From: Christensenella sp. UBA7703
GTDB taxonomy: Bacteria > Bacillota > Clostridia > Christensenellales > CAG-138
Reading direction: 5' to 3'
DNA length: 64,000 bases
Assembly (NCBI GenBank): GCA_002482505.1
Contig: DLGD01000021.1
Coordinates: 27,085 to 91,084 of the forward strand
The notes under the pieces are model-generated. The model worked only from the letters and a program-made list of their open reading frames with translations. It was not told the origin of the DNA and did not search any database. A program made the position numbers and the translations under genes. This document shows positions 28,093-39,169 of the stretch, in pieces (positions within the stretch are counted from its first letter, which is position 1; each line of letters starts with the position of its first letter).

Positions 28093-28409
28093 ATGATGTT
28101 TCTCCGATCTATAAAAAAAATGTAACCGCACATCTCTGCACGGTCACTTCATAATTTATCCGCAATTTGAGCCAATTGCACGTTGCGCTCCAGCTTCAAA
28201 CAAACAATCTATTATGAACACACCATAAGAGTGCAGGATTACTTGAAAAGTATATATCAGGGATTGTTGTGCGTCAAGGGAAATTGACAATATATGGGGG
28301 GTTACGGGCAATTATTGCGATTTTTTATCGCGTTTTCTGCTGGATTCACCCGATTTTAAAAGAACAGCCGAATCTCCAATCCGCCATAAATTGCAATTGT
28401 AAATCGCGC

Positions 28410-31400
28410 TTAAAACAGCGAAATCTGCGCAGTCTTCTCCATACCATCAAAACATCCACATTTCTCCATGGCCGTGACAACCGCACTGTTTGCCTTTGTC
28501 GCCGCACGAAACTCCTCGACCGTGTGAAATACTTTCCCTTTGCGGTTTTCAACCATCGCGACGGCAGCGTTTGTGCCCAAGCCGGGGATCGCGTTAAAAG
28601 GCGGCCGAATCGCGCCATCTTCGATTAAGAACTGTTTTGCATCGGACTTATAGAGATCGACCGGAAGCAGCTCGATTCCGCGCATATTCATCTCATATAC
28701 GACTTCCAATATCGTGATGATGTCCTTTGTGCGGCCTTTTTCCGAGTCTGTCATCTTTGCCGCCGCACGCTCCAGCTCATGAATTGTCTCCAACACACGC
28801 TCCGCGCCGCCGGTCGCCAGAGAAACATCGAACAAGTCCGCGCGCACGGTATAATAAACGCTGTAGAACTCCAGCGGGTAATGCACTTTATAATATGCCA
28901 CACGGAAGCTCATCATCGTATATGCAACAGCGTGCCCGCGCGGGAACATGTATTTGATCTTCTTGCAGGAGTCGATGTACCAGGCCGGAATTTCGTTATC
29001 CAGCAGCTTTTGCTCCATCTCCGGCTTAAGCCCCTTGCCTTTTCGGACGGATTCCATAATTTTAAACGAGCTGGACGCATCCACGCCGTGCGCAATCAGA
29101 TAGTTCATGATGTCGTCGCGCGTGCAGATGACCTCATTGAGTTTGGCGATCTTATTGATGACTAGCGGCTCTGCGTTGCCGAGCCAAACGTCCGTTCCAT
29201 GGGTGAGGCCGGAGATGCGAACCAACTCCTCCATCGTGGTCGGTTGTGTCGCGTCCAAGACGCCGCGCACGAAACCCGTGCCGAATTCCGGCGTGCCGAG
29301 AGACCCAACCTTGCAGTCGATTGCGGAGAGATCAACCTTGAGCGAATCGCTTGCAATATAGATGCGCATCGTGTCCGGGTCGTCCAGCGGAATACTGACC
29401 GGATCGAGCCCCGTCATGTCCTGCAGCATTCTCAGCGCGGTCGGGTCGTCGTGTCCAAGAATATCGAGTTTCACGAGACGGTCATCCATCGCGTGGAAGT
29501 CGAAATGGGTCGTGATCGTGTTCTTGTTTGATTTATCCGCTGGGTACTGAATCGGCGTATAGTCGAGAATATCATCCTCTTTGGGCACGATAACAATGCC
29601 GCCGGGGTGTTGCCCCGTGGTCACTTTTACATCCTGACAGCCTTGGGCAATTCTCTCGCGCTCCGCTTTTCGGAGGACCTTCCCCGTCTTCTCCTCATAT
29701 TGGCGCACATAGTCAAACGCCGTACGCTCCGCAACGCCGCTGATCGTTCCCGCACGGAACGCATGCCCGCGGCCAAACATTTCTTCGACGTATTTATGCG
29801 CCGTCGGCTGATATTCGCCGGAGAAGTTCAGGTCGATATCCGGCGTTTTATCTCCATCAAAACCTAGGAAAACCTCAAACGGAATATCGAAGCCCATCTT
29901 GTTGTAGCGCGTGCCGCAAGCGGGACAGTCTTTGTTTGGCATATCGATTCCACAAAAGTACTGCATGCGGTCGATCTCAAAATCGCTGTGTTTGCAGTTT
30001 GGGCAAACATAGTGCGGCTGCAGCGGGTTCACTTCGGTAATGCCCGCCATGGTCGCGACAAACGAAGAACCGACCGAACCACGGGAACCAACCAGATAGC
30101 CATCCGAATTGCTCTTGTGCACGAGACGCTGGGCCATGAGATACAGCGAAGCAAAACCGTTGCCGATGATGGACTTCAATTCGCGATCCAGTCGTGCCTG
30201 CACCACCTCCGGCAGCGGGTCGCCGTAAATTTCGTGCGCTTTGCCGACCGCCATATCACGCAAAATATCCTCTGCGTGCTCAATCGTCGGCGCATGTGTC
30301 CCGTCGGGAAAAGGCTTCAACAGATCGCAGCACTCTGCGATTCGGTTGGGTTCTTCCACCACGACGCGCAACGCAGTCTCTTCGCCCAGATAGGCAAATT
30401 CTTCGAGCATCTCCTTCGTGGTCTTGAAATACAGCGGAGCTTGAAACGAAGCATCGTCAAACCCGTTTTTTGTGAGAATGACTTCGCGGTAGATCGCATC
30501 CTCCGGGTCGAGAAAATGCACGTCTCCCGTAGCAACAACCGGGATTTTCAGACGGTCGCCCAGCGCAACGATCTCGCGGTTGATCTCGAGAATCCGTTCA
30601 TCGGTCGCCTTGTTTTCACGCACCAAAAAGGCGTTGTTGCAGCGCGGCTGAATCTCTAGAAAGTCATATGTCCTGGCAAGATACTCAATTCGCTCTTCTC
30701 CCGCTTCTTTCAAGATTGCTTGATACAACTCGCCCGCTTCACAGGCGGAGCCGAGAATCAATCCTTCGCGATAGAGCGAAAGCAGGCTAAACGGAATGAT
30801 CGGGTTGTAGTGAAAATGATCCAAGTGCGCATAACTCACGATCCGGTAGAGATTCTTCATGCCGGCTTGTGTCTTGGCGAGAATGATGATGTGATTCGTC
30901 GCGGAGCGTTTCTTTCCGCGCTCCTGCTTGGTTTCGTCCGAGCGGACGGGCAGTTGATCCAGCCCCAGATCGCGGATTTTTTGCAGGAGTTTGAGGAAGA
31001 TTTCGCCCGTTGCCGCCGCGTCATCCGTCGCGCGGTGGTGCGATTCTAAAACCACATCGAGTGCTTCGCAGAGCGTGTCCAGCTTGTGGTTGATCAGATC
31101 GTGCATCAAATCCCGCGCGAGCATCAGAGTATCGGCATATTGATTGGCAAAGACGAGGTTAAAGCGCGCCGCATGATAGCGCACAAAGCTCATATCAAAC
31201 TCAGCATTGTGCGCAACAAGGCAGCAGCCTTCGCAAAACGCATGGAATTGCGTGAGCACTTCACGTGTGTTCGGTGCGCCAGCCAGCATGTCGGTTGTGA
31301 TGCCTGTAAGCTCGGTGATATTGGTCGGAATCACGACGCCGTCATTGACAAATGTTTGGAATCGATCAACGATCACACCCTCTTTGAGCTTGATCGCGCC

Positions 31401-32441
31401 GATTTCGATAATTTCACATTGTTCCGGCTTGAGACCCGTCGTCTCCAAATCAAACACGACGAATGTTTGATCCATGCCGATGAGTTCCGATTCGCGCAGC
31501 AGATAGCCTTCCACGCCGAAGATTGGCTTCACTCCGGCTTTTTTTGCGGCCTTCGCCGCCGCGGGGAACGCCTGCACCACGCCGTGGTCGGTGATGGCGA
31601 GTGCTTTGTGGCCAAAACGTTTTGCAGTTTCAAACGCAGCCCCAACCTCGGTGATTCCGTCCTGTGTGGACATGCGTGTGTGCAGATGCAGCTCCACGCG
31701 CTTCACTTCGCTTTCGTCTTGCCGAAGTACGCCGGGGACAAGGCAGATGTTGTTTGCGTAAAACATCAGTTCGCCTGTCATCTGCGATTCTCTCGCAACG
31801 CCTTGCGCAAGAACGCGGTCTTTATTCTTTTTTGCAGTCTCAAACTCCGCCATCATAGCGCTCTTCTGCTCTTCGTCATCCAGAAGAAGCGAACAATAGA
31901 TGCTGTCCGTGCCGTCGGTAATCGAAACATCCAGCGGGAAGCTCACCGCATCCTTTCGACGCTTGTTTTTAAACGAATTGCGCTCGTTGATCGACACAAC
32001 CGTACCTTCGATGATGCACTTATCCTTGCCGCTTTTGAGCGCGCGGATGGGCGTAGACTTTCCGCTGGGTACAAAGCCGCCATAAACAGAGCGTTTGCCG
32101 GAAGGAGCCGTTGTGCCTGTTGCCGCGCCCTGCTGCCGTGTTGCAAACTGCGCCGCCTCATCTTCCGACTCCAGTTCCTGATAGTATTCCTCGCTGAGCC
32201 AAACAACACGCACGCGCGTACCGCCCAAGCGTTCTTCCAGCGAATCGGTCAGGAGTTGCGATAATTCAATCGACGGTTCCCGCTTGCAACGAAAAAAGAC
32301 CGTCAGCATGTTTTGCTCACGGCTGAGTACCACGTTTTCGAGTTGGATGGATTCATCCGAAATGCCAACGCGCGCCAGCGTGGCAAACAATTCCTCCTGC
32401 AATGCTCCCAAACCTCCGGTGTAGTGCTCTTCTTTGATCAA
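28410..32441 (-). CDS. polC: DNA polymerase III alpha subunit, PolC type
   Basis: 1343 aa. Exonuclease motif FVVFDLETTGL, with PHP and polymerase core. The tracked start is a TTG 4 nt after the ispG stop, so the start is not certain. Confidence 0.9.
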   Translation of the reverse strand: MIKEEHYTGGLGALQEELFATLARVGISDESIQLENVVLSREQNMLTVFFRCKREPSIELSQLLTDSLEERLGGTRVRVVWLSEEYYQELESEDEAAQFATRQQGAATGTTAPSGKRSVYGGFVPSGKSTPIRALKSGKDKCIIEGTVVSINERNSFKNKRRKDAVSFPLDVSITDGTDSIYCSLLLDDEEQKSAMMAEFETAKKNKDRVLAQGVARESQMTGELMFYANNICLVPGVLRQDESEVKRVELHLHTRMSTQDGITEVGAAFETAKRFGHKALAITDHGVVQAFPAAAKAAKKAGVKPIFGVEGYLLRESELIGMDQTFVVFDLETTGLKPEQCEIIEIGAIKLKEGVIVDRFQTFVNDGVVIPTNITELTGITTDMLAGAPNTREVLTQFHAFCEGCCLVAHNAEFDMSFVRYHAARFNLVFANQYADTLMLARDLMHDLINHKLDTLCEALDVVLESHHRATDDAAATGEIFLKLLQKIRDLGLDQLPVRSDETKQERGKKRSATNHIIILAKTQAGMKNLYRIVSYAHLDHFHYNPIIPFSLLSLYREGLILGSACEAGELYQAILKEAGEERIEYLARTYDFLEIQPRCNNAFLVRENKATDERILEINREIVALGDRLKIPVVATGDVHFLDPEDAIYREVILTKNGFDDASFQAPLYFKTTKEMLEEFAYLGEETALRVVVEEPNRIAECCDLLKPFPDGTHAPTIEHAEDILRDMAVGKAHEIYGDPLPEVVQARLDRELKSIIGNGFASLYLMAQRLVHKSNSDGYLVGSRGSVGSSFVATMAGITEVNPLQPHYVCPNCKHSDFEIDRMQYFCGIDMPNKDCPACGTRYNKMGFDIPFEVFLGFDGDKTPDIDLNFSGEYQPTAHKYVEEMFGRGHAFRAGTISGVAERTAFDYVRQYEEKTGKVLRKAERERIAQGCQDVKVTTGQHPGGIVIVPKEDDILDYTPIQYPADKSNKNTITTHFDFHAMDDRLVKLDILGHDDPTALRMLQDMTGLDPVSIPLDDPDTMRIYIASDSLKVDLSAIDCKVGSLGTPEFGTGFVRGVLDATQPTTMEELVRISGLTHGTDVWLGNAEPLVINKIAKLNEVICTRDDIMNYLIAHGVDASSSFKIMESVRKGKGLKPEMEQKLLDNEIPAWYIDSCKKIKYMFPRGHAVAYTMMSFRVAYYKVHYPLEFYSVYYTVRADLFDVSLATGGAERVLETIHELERAAAKMTDSEKGRTKDIITILEVVYEMNMRGIELLPVDLYKSDAKQFLIEDGAIRPPFNAIPGLGTNAAVAMVENRKGKVFHTVEEFRAATKANSAVVTAMEKCGCFDGMEKTAQISLF

Positions 32442-32444
32442 TAC

Positions 32445-33500
32445 TTACTTTTGATTGGCAGCAAGCAGCTCACCCGCGCGCGCGATGAGGTGCTCAACAA
32501 CATCCTCCGCCGCACCGTGGTATACCTGCTGGCCTTTTTCAAAAAGAATGCCATTCCCGTCGCCAAATGCAACACCAATGTCCGCATCGCGCGCTTCGCC
32601 GGGCCCGTTGACCGCGCATCCCATGACGGCGATCTTGAGATACCCTTTTTTATGCGGTAGGCGGGTATTCACGAGCTCCACCATCTTCATCACGTCCACG
32701 CGCGTTCTGCCGCACGTCGGGCAACTCACAAGTTCGATATCATCCCGCAAAAGCCCAACCGCGCGGAGAATTTTGAGCCCGGTTTCAACCTCGTGAACGG
32801 GATCATCGGTCAACGAAACACGAATCGTATCTCCGATGCCGTCGAGCAGCAAAGACCCGATCCCCGCGGCGGATTTGATGATGCCGCTTGCGACATCCCC
32901 TGTCTCTGTCACACCTACGTGAAGAGGATAGTCCACGCGCTTGCTGATCGCACGGTAAGCGTCCACCGTGTCCCGCACATTCGATGCCTTCAGCGATAAT
33001 ACGATATCCGTAAACCCTTCGCGCTCCAACAGCACAACGTGTTTCATTGCGCTTTCGATCATTGCCTCGGTTGTCGGCCCGCCGTATTTCTGCCGCAGAA
33101 TTGGCTCGATGGAACCTGCGTTCACCCCGATCCGAATGGGAGTGTGGTGCGCTTTTGCGCAGTCCACCACGGCGCGCACGCGGCTTTCGTCGCCGATGTT
33201 GCCGGGGTTAAAGCGGAGCTTGTCCGCGCCGTTTTCCATCGCAGCGATGGCGAGGCGATAGTCGAAGTGAATATCCGCCACAATCGGGATACGAATGCGG
33301 TTCTTAATCTGTAAAAGAGCTTTTGCGCAAGCCATGTCGTAGACGGAAGAACGCACAATGTTGCAGCCCGCCTCGGTGAGCCGCTCAATCTGCGCTACCG
33401 TGGCTTCCACATCCCGCGTGTCCGTGTTTGTCATGGACTGCACCGAAACCGGCGCTCCTCCGCCGACGGGTACCCCGCCGACCAGAATTTGTTTCGTCAT
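32445..33500 (-). CDS. ispG: 4-hydroxy-3-methylbut-2-en-1-yl diphosphate synthase
   Basis: 351 aa. VQSMTNTDT and CPTCGRT motifs. Confidence 0.95.
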   Translation of the reverse strand: MTKQILVGGVPVGGGAPVSVQSMTNTDTRDVEATVAQIERLTEAGCNIVRSSVYDMACAKALLQIKNRIRIPIVADIHFDYRLAIAAMENGADKLRFNPGNIGDESRVRAVVDCAKAHHTPIRIGVNAGSIEPILRQKYGGPTTEAMIESAMKHVVLLEREGFTDIVLSLKASNVRDTVDAYRAISKRVDYPLHVGVTETGDVASGIIKSAAGIGSLLLDGIGDTIRVSLTDDPVHEVETGLKILRAVGLLRDDIELVSCPTCGRTRVDVMKMVELVNTRLPHKKGYLKIAVMGCAVNGPGEARDADIGVAFGDGNGILFEKGQQVYHGAAEDVVEHLIARAGELLAANQK

Positions 33501-33558
33501 CGTGTTATCTGTTCCTCATAATGGGTTTGTGTGCCTGGTCGAATCGACTGCAATCGGT

Positions 33559-34596
33559 TCAACCAAAGGTTCCTTTAAGCAGATTCGATACATCGTTAAA
33601 CGTCAAGAATATGATCAACCCAAAGAGCAGAATCAGTCCCACAAAGTGCACCATTCCCTCTTTTTCCTGCGAGATCGCCTTGCCGCGAATCACCTCGATG
33701 ATCATGAACACCAATCTTCCGCCATCCATTGCGGGAATCGGCAGAAGGTTCATAATTCCCAAGCTCGCGCTGATGAGCACAAGCTGTCGCAATACGGTTT
33801 CTCCGCTGGAGCGCACCGCCTCGCTGATTATCGCGACAATTGCAACAGGTCCTGCCGCGTCCGAGCTGCTGGCGTTGCCCTGCAATGCTCTGCCGAGAAA
33901 ACGGAACGTCTCCACCAGTGTCGCGGTTACATAGTTGACGGAGCGAAGCGCGCTTTCTCCCGCACCAAACTTCATGCGTTCGGTGGTGATGGTGACTCCG
34001 ATCAGGTTTTTGCCCTGCGCTTCGTTATAAATATTCTTGAGATAGAGTTCTTTTTCCGCTCCGTTTCGGAGTACTCCGATGGTCAGATCTTTTGATTCTA
34101 CCGCGAGAATCATATCGACCGTTTGAAAATAAAACCGAACTGGCTTTCCGTCGATCTCGGTGATCACGTCTCCGGCTTGCATCCCGGCAGCCTCCGCGGG
34201 GGAACTCTGGTTCACCTCGTAGATCGCGGGCATAAAGTCGCCAAAGGCCGAGAGCGTCACAAACGCAAGCAAGATTGCAAACACAAGGTTTGTAATTGGT
34301 CCAGCGAGGACGACGATGATCCGTTTCCAAACCTTCTGCGCGTTAAAGCTTTTTTCGTTGACAACGTTTTCGTCTTCTCCCTCAAAGCGGCACATGCCGC
34401 CGATGGGAAACGCACGAAGGGAAAACTCCGTCCCGTGTTTATCTTTCTTTTTCAGCAGCTTTGGACCCATGCCGATGGAAAATTCCAAAATCGAAAACCC
34501 AAGCGCGCGTCCTGCAAAATAGTGTCCAAGCTCGTGAATCATCACAAGCAGCGAGAGCAGCAACAGCGCCGCTAAGATGGAGAGTGCCGTGCTCAA
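33559..34596 (-). CDS. rseP: RIP metalloprotease RseP (site-2 protease, M50)
   Basis: HELGHY motif near the N-terminus, PDZ region and multiple TM segments. The TTG start overlaps the dxr stop (TTGA). Confidence 0.9.
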   Translation of the reverse strand: MSTALSILAALLLLSLLVMIHELGHYFAGRALGFSILEFSIGMGPKLLKKKDKHGTEFSLRAFPIGGMCRFEGEDENVVNEKSFNAQKVWKRIIVVLAGPITNLVFAILLAFVTLSAFGDFMPAIYEVNQSSPAEAAGMQAGDVITEIDGKPVRFYFQTVDMILAVESKDLTIGVLRNGAEKELYLKNIYNEAQGKNLIGVTITTERMKFGAGESALRSVNYVTATLVETFRFLGRALQGNASSSDAAGPVAIVAIISEAVRSSGETVLRQLVLISASLGIMNLLPIPAMDGGRLVFMIIEVIRGKAISQEKEGMVHFVGLILLFGLIIFLTFNDVSNLLKGTFG

Positions 34597-35759
34597 TGCC
34601 GGTTCCGCCTTTCCTGACTGATGCGCACAATCCAGCCGTTCGCTACATCCCGCGCCAGTCGATCCGCTTCCATAATCTCCTCCAGCGCAGAGAGCGCAAC
34701 AGGAGCGTGTTGATTTAAAGTATAGTCTACCACTCGCTCGATGTCCAGAAAGCCGATGCGCCCGCTACAAAATGCTTCCACCGCTGCCTCATTTGCGCCA
34801 TTATACACAAGCGGGCAGGAAAGCCCCGATTTCAGCGCGTCAAACGCCATCTTCAGTGAATGAAACCGCGCAAAATCCGGCTTGTGAAATGTAAGCGGTT
34901 GCTCATTGAATAGAGCAAGCGTCTGGCAGGAGGAAGCCGTGCGCGCAGGATAGGTGATTGCATACTGAATCGGCAGGCGCATATCGGGCTTGCTCATGTT
35001 TGCCATGCAGGTGCCGTCGATATAGCTCACCATCGAGTGCACGATGGACTGCGGATGGATCACAACCTCGATCTGCTCCGCCGGCAGATCGAACAGATAG
35101 GCCGCTTCCATTACCTCAAGCCCTTTGTTGAAAAGCGTGGCGGAATCAATCGTGATCTTTTTCCCCATGTTCCAGGTTGGATGTGCGAGCGCTTCTTCCG
35201 GCGTAATCCCGGCAAGCTCTTCCCTGCCCTTTCGCCAAAATGGCCCGCCGGACGCGGTGAGGATCAGCTTGTCAACTTCTTCTTTGCGCCCGTTTTGCAG
35301 GCACTGGAAGATCGCGCTCTGTTCGCTGTCCACGGGCAGGATCTCACCGTGATACTCTTGCAGGATGCGATCGATCAGGCTCTTTCCGCAGACGATGCTT
35401 TCTTTGTTCGCCAAGGCCACGCGCTTACCCATCTTGAGTGAAGCAACCAGCGGTGCAAGCGCAGCAAAGCCGCTTACCCCGTTAACCACAACATCTGCTT
35501 CCGGCATAGCGGCCAGCTGCTCTGTTGCGCCTTTTCCCATGATTGCAATCGTGCCTTTGGGTAGGCGGGACGCGTCAAACTCCGTCTCGCAGGCGGCAAC
35601 GCGCGGTTGATAGGTGTTTGACTGTGAAATCAGTGTCTCTACATCGCTCTTTGCCGCAATGCCAAAGAGCGTCATCTCCTCCGGATGGGAAGCGATGACG
35701 TCCAGAGATTGCCTTCCGATAGAGCCGGTGCATCCCAGCACCGAGATTTGCTTTGTCAT
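34593..35759 (-). CDS. dxr: 1-deoxy-D-xylulose-5-phosphate reductoisomerase
   Basis: N-terminus ISVLGCTGSIG. 388 aa. Confidence 0.95.
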   Translation of the reverse strand: MTKQISVLGCTGSIGRQSLDVIASHPEEMTLFGIAAKSDVETLISQSNTYQPRVAACETEFDASRLPKGTIAIMGKGATEQLAAMPEADVVVNGVSGFAALAPLVASLKMGKRVALANKESIVCGKSLIDRILQEYHGEILPVDSEQSAIFQCLQNGRKEEVDKLILTASGGPFWRKGREELAGITPEEALAHPTWNMGKKITIDSATLFNKGLEVMEAAYLFDLPAEQIEVVIHPQSIVHSMVSYIDGTCMANMSKPDMRLPIQYAITYPARTASSCQTLALFNEQPLTFHKPDFARFHSLKMAFDALKSGLSCPLVYNGANEAAVEAFCSGRIGFLDIERVVDYTLNQHAPVALSALEEIMEADRLARDVANGWIVRISQERRNRH

Positions 35760-35806
35760 ACAATACCCAATGCGGCGTTTGTCAAAATCAAACCACCGCG
35801 TTTTCT

Positions 35807-36622
35807 TTAAAATGCTGCAAGCTTCTGCATGATGAGAAACACGCAGAGTACGAGCGGTGTACAGAACATAATGCTGTCGATGCGGTCAATCACGCCGCCA
35901 TGCCCAGGGAAAACGCTGGAAAAATCTTTCACGCCCGCCCAGCGTTTCAACAGCGAAGCAAACAGGTCTCCAAACTGCGAAAACAACCCGCAGCCCAAGC
36001 CGAGTAGCACCAGCACCAGCAGATTGATATTCGCACCCCAGAGCCGCTGCAGGTAAAACATCCCAACGCCAAACACCGTGCCGCCGATGAGCGCAAACAC
36101 CGCGCCTTCCACCGTTTTTTTCGGGCTGATGGTTGGGCAAAGCTTGTGTTTTCCGAGGAAAGTGCCGCCAAAATACGCAAACGTATCCGAACACTCCGGC
36201 GCGGCATACGCCATACCGGCTGCAACGAGAGCCACCGGCCTGCCAAAGCTGTAGTAGACGAGCATCATACACATCAAAAACAGCGTCGGATAATTCAGGA
36301 TAAATAACGATGGTATGATGTCGTTCGTCGTGTGCCGCTTGGTAAAGAGTGACCAGATCATCGTCGACATCACGGTCGCAAGATAGAAGATAAACATCGG
36401 CAGCATGCCAAGGTAAAAATAGACAAACGGATACCCGATTGCGAACACATACGCCGGAATCAAGAGCGGGTCGTAGCTCTTTTTGCGAAACGTTTGCCCC
36501 ATCTCATAGATCGCGGCAAGCGAAAACAACGCGAGTACGCTCAGCAGCAAAAAGCCGCCAAAGAATAACACGGCAATCAGCATCAAAACCAGCACGATTC
36601 CGACGAGAATTCTTGTTTTCAT
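35807..36622 (-). CDS. cdsA: Phosphatidate cytidylyltransferase
   Basis: Polytopic protein. C-terminal motif KDFSSVFPGHGGVIDRIDS. Confidence 0.9.
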   Translation of the reverse strand: MKTRILVGIVLVLMLIAVLFFGGFLLLSVLALFSLAAIYEMGQTFRKKSYDPLLIPAYVFAIGYPFVYFYLGMLPMFIFYLATVMSTMIWSLFTKRHTTNDIIPSLFILNYPTLFLMCMMLVYYSFGRPVALVAAGMAYAAPECSDTFAYFGGTFLGKHKLCPTISPKKTVEGAVFALIGGTVFGVGMFYLQRLWGANINLLVLVLLGLGCGLFSQFGDLFASLLKRWAGVKDFSSVFPGHGGVIDRIDSIMFCTPLVLCVFLIMQKLAAF

Positions 36623-37371
36623 GCGTTCCCCTCCAGCCCGCCAAATCGACGGGAGCGGCTTTGATACACGCGCAGAGCATCGATAAATGCTTCATCCGAG
36701 AAATCCGGCCAATACTCTTTGGGAAACAGAAACTCTGCATAAGAAATCTGGTACAGCAAAAAGTTGGAAAACCGCTGTTCCCCGCTGGTGCGAATCACAA
36801 GATCGACCTCCGGCTGGCCAGCCGTGTAGAGGTTTTGCTCCAGCATGTCCGCCGTGATCTCGCTCTTCCCTTGGGCAATCGCCTGCCGCATGGCGAGGTT
36901 TGCGGCGCGTAAAATCTCCGCGCGGCTGCCGTAGTTGAGCGCAATATTCAGGTTAAGCCCTGTGTTGTTTTCGGTACGTTTCATCGCGCGTTCAATCACG
37001 TTGCGAACGGTCGGCGCAAACTCTTCGTAAGCACCGATGATGCGAATGCGGACATTGTTTGCAAACAGTTCGTCGATCTCTTTGGTAAAATACTCGATTA
37101 AAAGCGCCATTAAGGTGCCGACCTCGTCGGACGGGCGCTTCCAGTTCTCCGTGGAAAAGGCATAGAGCGTCAGCGAAGTAATCCCCAGATCGGAAGACAA
37201 GCGAATGATCCCGCGGAGTCGATCCACCCCGGCGCGATGGCCCGCGCTGCGCGAGAGCTTCTTCGCCTTTGCCCAGCGTCCGTTTCCGTCCATGATGACC
37301 GCAACATGTTTGGGCAGCGCCTCTTTGACGAGCCCGAACGCGCGGATTTCCTCTTCGCTGTAGTTTGCCAT
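36619..37371 (-). CDS. uppS: Isoprenyl transferase (undecaprenyl diphosphate synthase)
   Basis: HVAVIMDGNGRWA and RTSGEQRFSNFLLYQ motifs. Confidence 0.95.
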   Translation of the reverse strand: MANYSEEEIRAFGLVKEALPKHVAVIMDGNGRWAKAKKLSRSAGHRAGVDRLRGIIRLSSDLGITSLTLYAFSTENWKRPSDEVGTLMALLIEYFTKEIDELFANNVRIRIIGAYEEFAPTVRNVIERAMKRTENNTGLNLNIALNYGSRAEILRAANLAMRQAIAQGKSEITADMLEQNLYTAGQPEVDLVIRTSGEQRFSNFLLYQISYAEFLFPKEYWPDFSDEAFIDALRVYQSRSRRFGGLEGNA

Positions 37372-37455
37372 GTTCCCCCGTACAGATTAAGGTGCAGCGC
37401 GATAGCACCCTGCACCTCAATCGTGTGTTCCAATCTTCAGTTTCGTTGGGAAAAG

Positions 37456-37671
37456 CTATTGCTGCGCTTCCGGTTCCTCCGGTTCTATTCGAAAAACCGA
37501 GTAAACAAGTGTGCATGCAGCTTCTCCCGTCTGCGTCTGCCGGATCACGCGGGCATCCGATCCGCCCGGCACTCCTTTTTTGGAGCGCGCCTCCGTGATT
37601 GTAATCACAGCGCATTTGGCAGCGAGCAACTCCTTTGCACGCGCAAGCGGCAGCCCGAGTACGCTGATCAA
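37456..37671 (-). CDS. Small hypothetical protein (71 aa) with a PASTA-like residue pattern
   Basis: The TTG start overlaps the frr stop (TTGA). The pattern [22 protein letters not shown]....[19 protein letters not shown] resembles a single PASTA unit. There is no ATG in the frame. Confidence 0.4.
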   Translation of the reverse strand: MISVLGLPLARAKELLAAKCAVITITEARSKKGVPGGSDARVIRQTQTGEAACTLVYSVFRIEPEEPEAQQ

Positions 37672-38225
37672 ACCGCGAGAATCTCCTTTTCCTTGGCGGC
37701 AAGCAGCACATCGATCTCTTTGATCAGATCATCCGTGAGCTTTTGTACCTTGTCGTCGAGGGATTTCCGATCATCTTCGGTAATCAGCTTATCTTTTTCT
37801 TCTTTTTTGATCTGCTCGTTTGCGTCTCTGCGAATGGCGCGGATTGCAACCTTGCTCTCCTCGCCCTTTTTCTTGACGACCTTGACGAGCTCTTTTCTGC
37901 GTTCTTCGTTCAGCTCCGGGAAGAGCAGGCGAATCACTTTACCGTCGTTGGAAGGATTGATGCCCAAATCGGACTTTTGAATCGCCTTCTCCACCGCCGG
38001 GATCGACTTGCTGTCCCAAAGGGAGATCAGCAGCATCCGCGGTTCGGGTGTGGAGACGTTGCCGAGCTGTGGAATCGGTGTCGGCGTTCCGTAATAGTCT
38101 ACCAAGATTCGGTCGAGCAGTTGCGCGTTTGCGCGTCCTGCGCGAAGCCCGCCGAGCTCTGTCTTGAGCACGGCAATGGTCTTATGCATCCGTTCTTTCG
38201 TGCTTTCTAAAATATCACTTGCCAT
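37668..38225 (-). CDS. frr: Ribosome recycling factor
   Basis: 185 aa. Motifs [19 protein letters not shown] and [10 protein letters not shown]. Confidence 0.95.
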   Translation of the reverse strand: MASDILESTKERMHKTIAVLKTELGGLRAGRANAQLLDRILVDYYGTPTPIPQLGNVSTPEPRMLLISLWDSKSIPAVEKAIQKSDLGINPSNDGKVIRLLFPELNEERRKELVKVVKKKGEESKVAIRAIRRDANEQIKKEEKDKLITEDDRKSLDDKVQKLTDDLIKEIDVLLAAKEKEILAV

Positions 38226-38372
38226 GTTCCATTCCTCCTGTACGTCTTTTATTCTACTATAGTTGATACCACTGATTCAAGCATGATCTTCAATCACACC
38301 TATACATTCCAAAACGGAAACCGCCTTGCAAAGCGTTGAAACACACTCTCCAAGGCGGAATTCAGGCAGGTT

Positions 38373-39065
38373 TTACGCTTTTTCGACGATATGGGTACCG
38401 ATCGACTCATCCTCGAAAACCTGCTCAATCTGAGAGAGCGCGAACGCACGAATCGGGATTTTTTGTTCCTTGCAGAGTGTGATTGCCGTCAGGTCAGTCG
38501 CGCGGAGGTTTTCCGCAACGACGCGGTCATAGCTGATGCGGCTGTATCGGATCGCATTCGGGTCCTGCTTCGGATCTGCGGAATAGATCGCGTCGATATT
38601 TTTCGCAAGCAGGAGCGCATCTGCGCCGATCTCCGCTGCGCGCAGCGCCGCCGCCGTATCCGTTGAGAAAAACGGGCATCCGCTGCCGCAGGCAAAGACG
38701 ACGACCTTTCCTTCCGAAAGCGCCTGCTTTGCACTCCGAGCGGAAAACGAATCGCAAAAGCGATCCATATCCACAGCGGACTGCACCACGCAAGGTACCC
38801 CCGTCTGCTCCAGCGCGTCCTGCAGTGCAAGCGAGTTAATCGCCGTTGCCAGCATGCCCATATGATCCGCGCGGTTTCGCTCCATTCCCTCCGCGCTTCT
38901 GCCGCGCATGATGTTTCCACCGCCGACGACGATACCGATCTCAACGCCCTTACTCCGGACGGCTTTGATCTTTTCGACCGTGCTAAGTACGGTTTCACGG
39001 CAGATGACGGATTGTTCGGAAGAGAGTGCTTCTCCGCTGATTTTGAGCAATACGCGATGATACAT
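38373..39065 (-). CDS. pyrH: UMP kinase
   Basis: Internal ATG giving MYHRVLLKISGEAL. GGGNIMRG motif. Confidence 0.95.
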   Translation of the reverse strand: MYHRVLLKISGEALSSEQSVICRETVLSTVEKIKAVRSKGVEIGIVVGGGNIMRGRSAEGMERNRADHMGMLATAINSLALQDALEQTGVPCVVQSAVDMDRFCDSFSARSAKQALSEGKVVVFACGSGCPFFSTDTAAALRAAEIGADALLLAKNIDAIYSADPKQDPNAIRYSRISYDRVVAENLRATDLTAITLCKEQKIPIRAFALSQIEQVFEDESIGTHIVEKA

Positions 39066-39169
39066 GGTGCAATACTCGCCTTTCGTGATTTTTATAAATA
39101 TGGTATTTTGCAAATCATCCGAAATTTCGCCTAAAAAAAGGAACACGTTGCCGTGTTCCTTTGTGGCAC

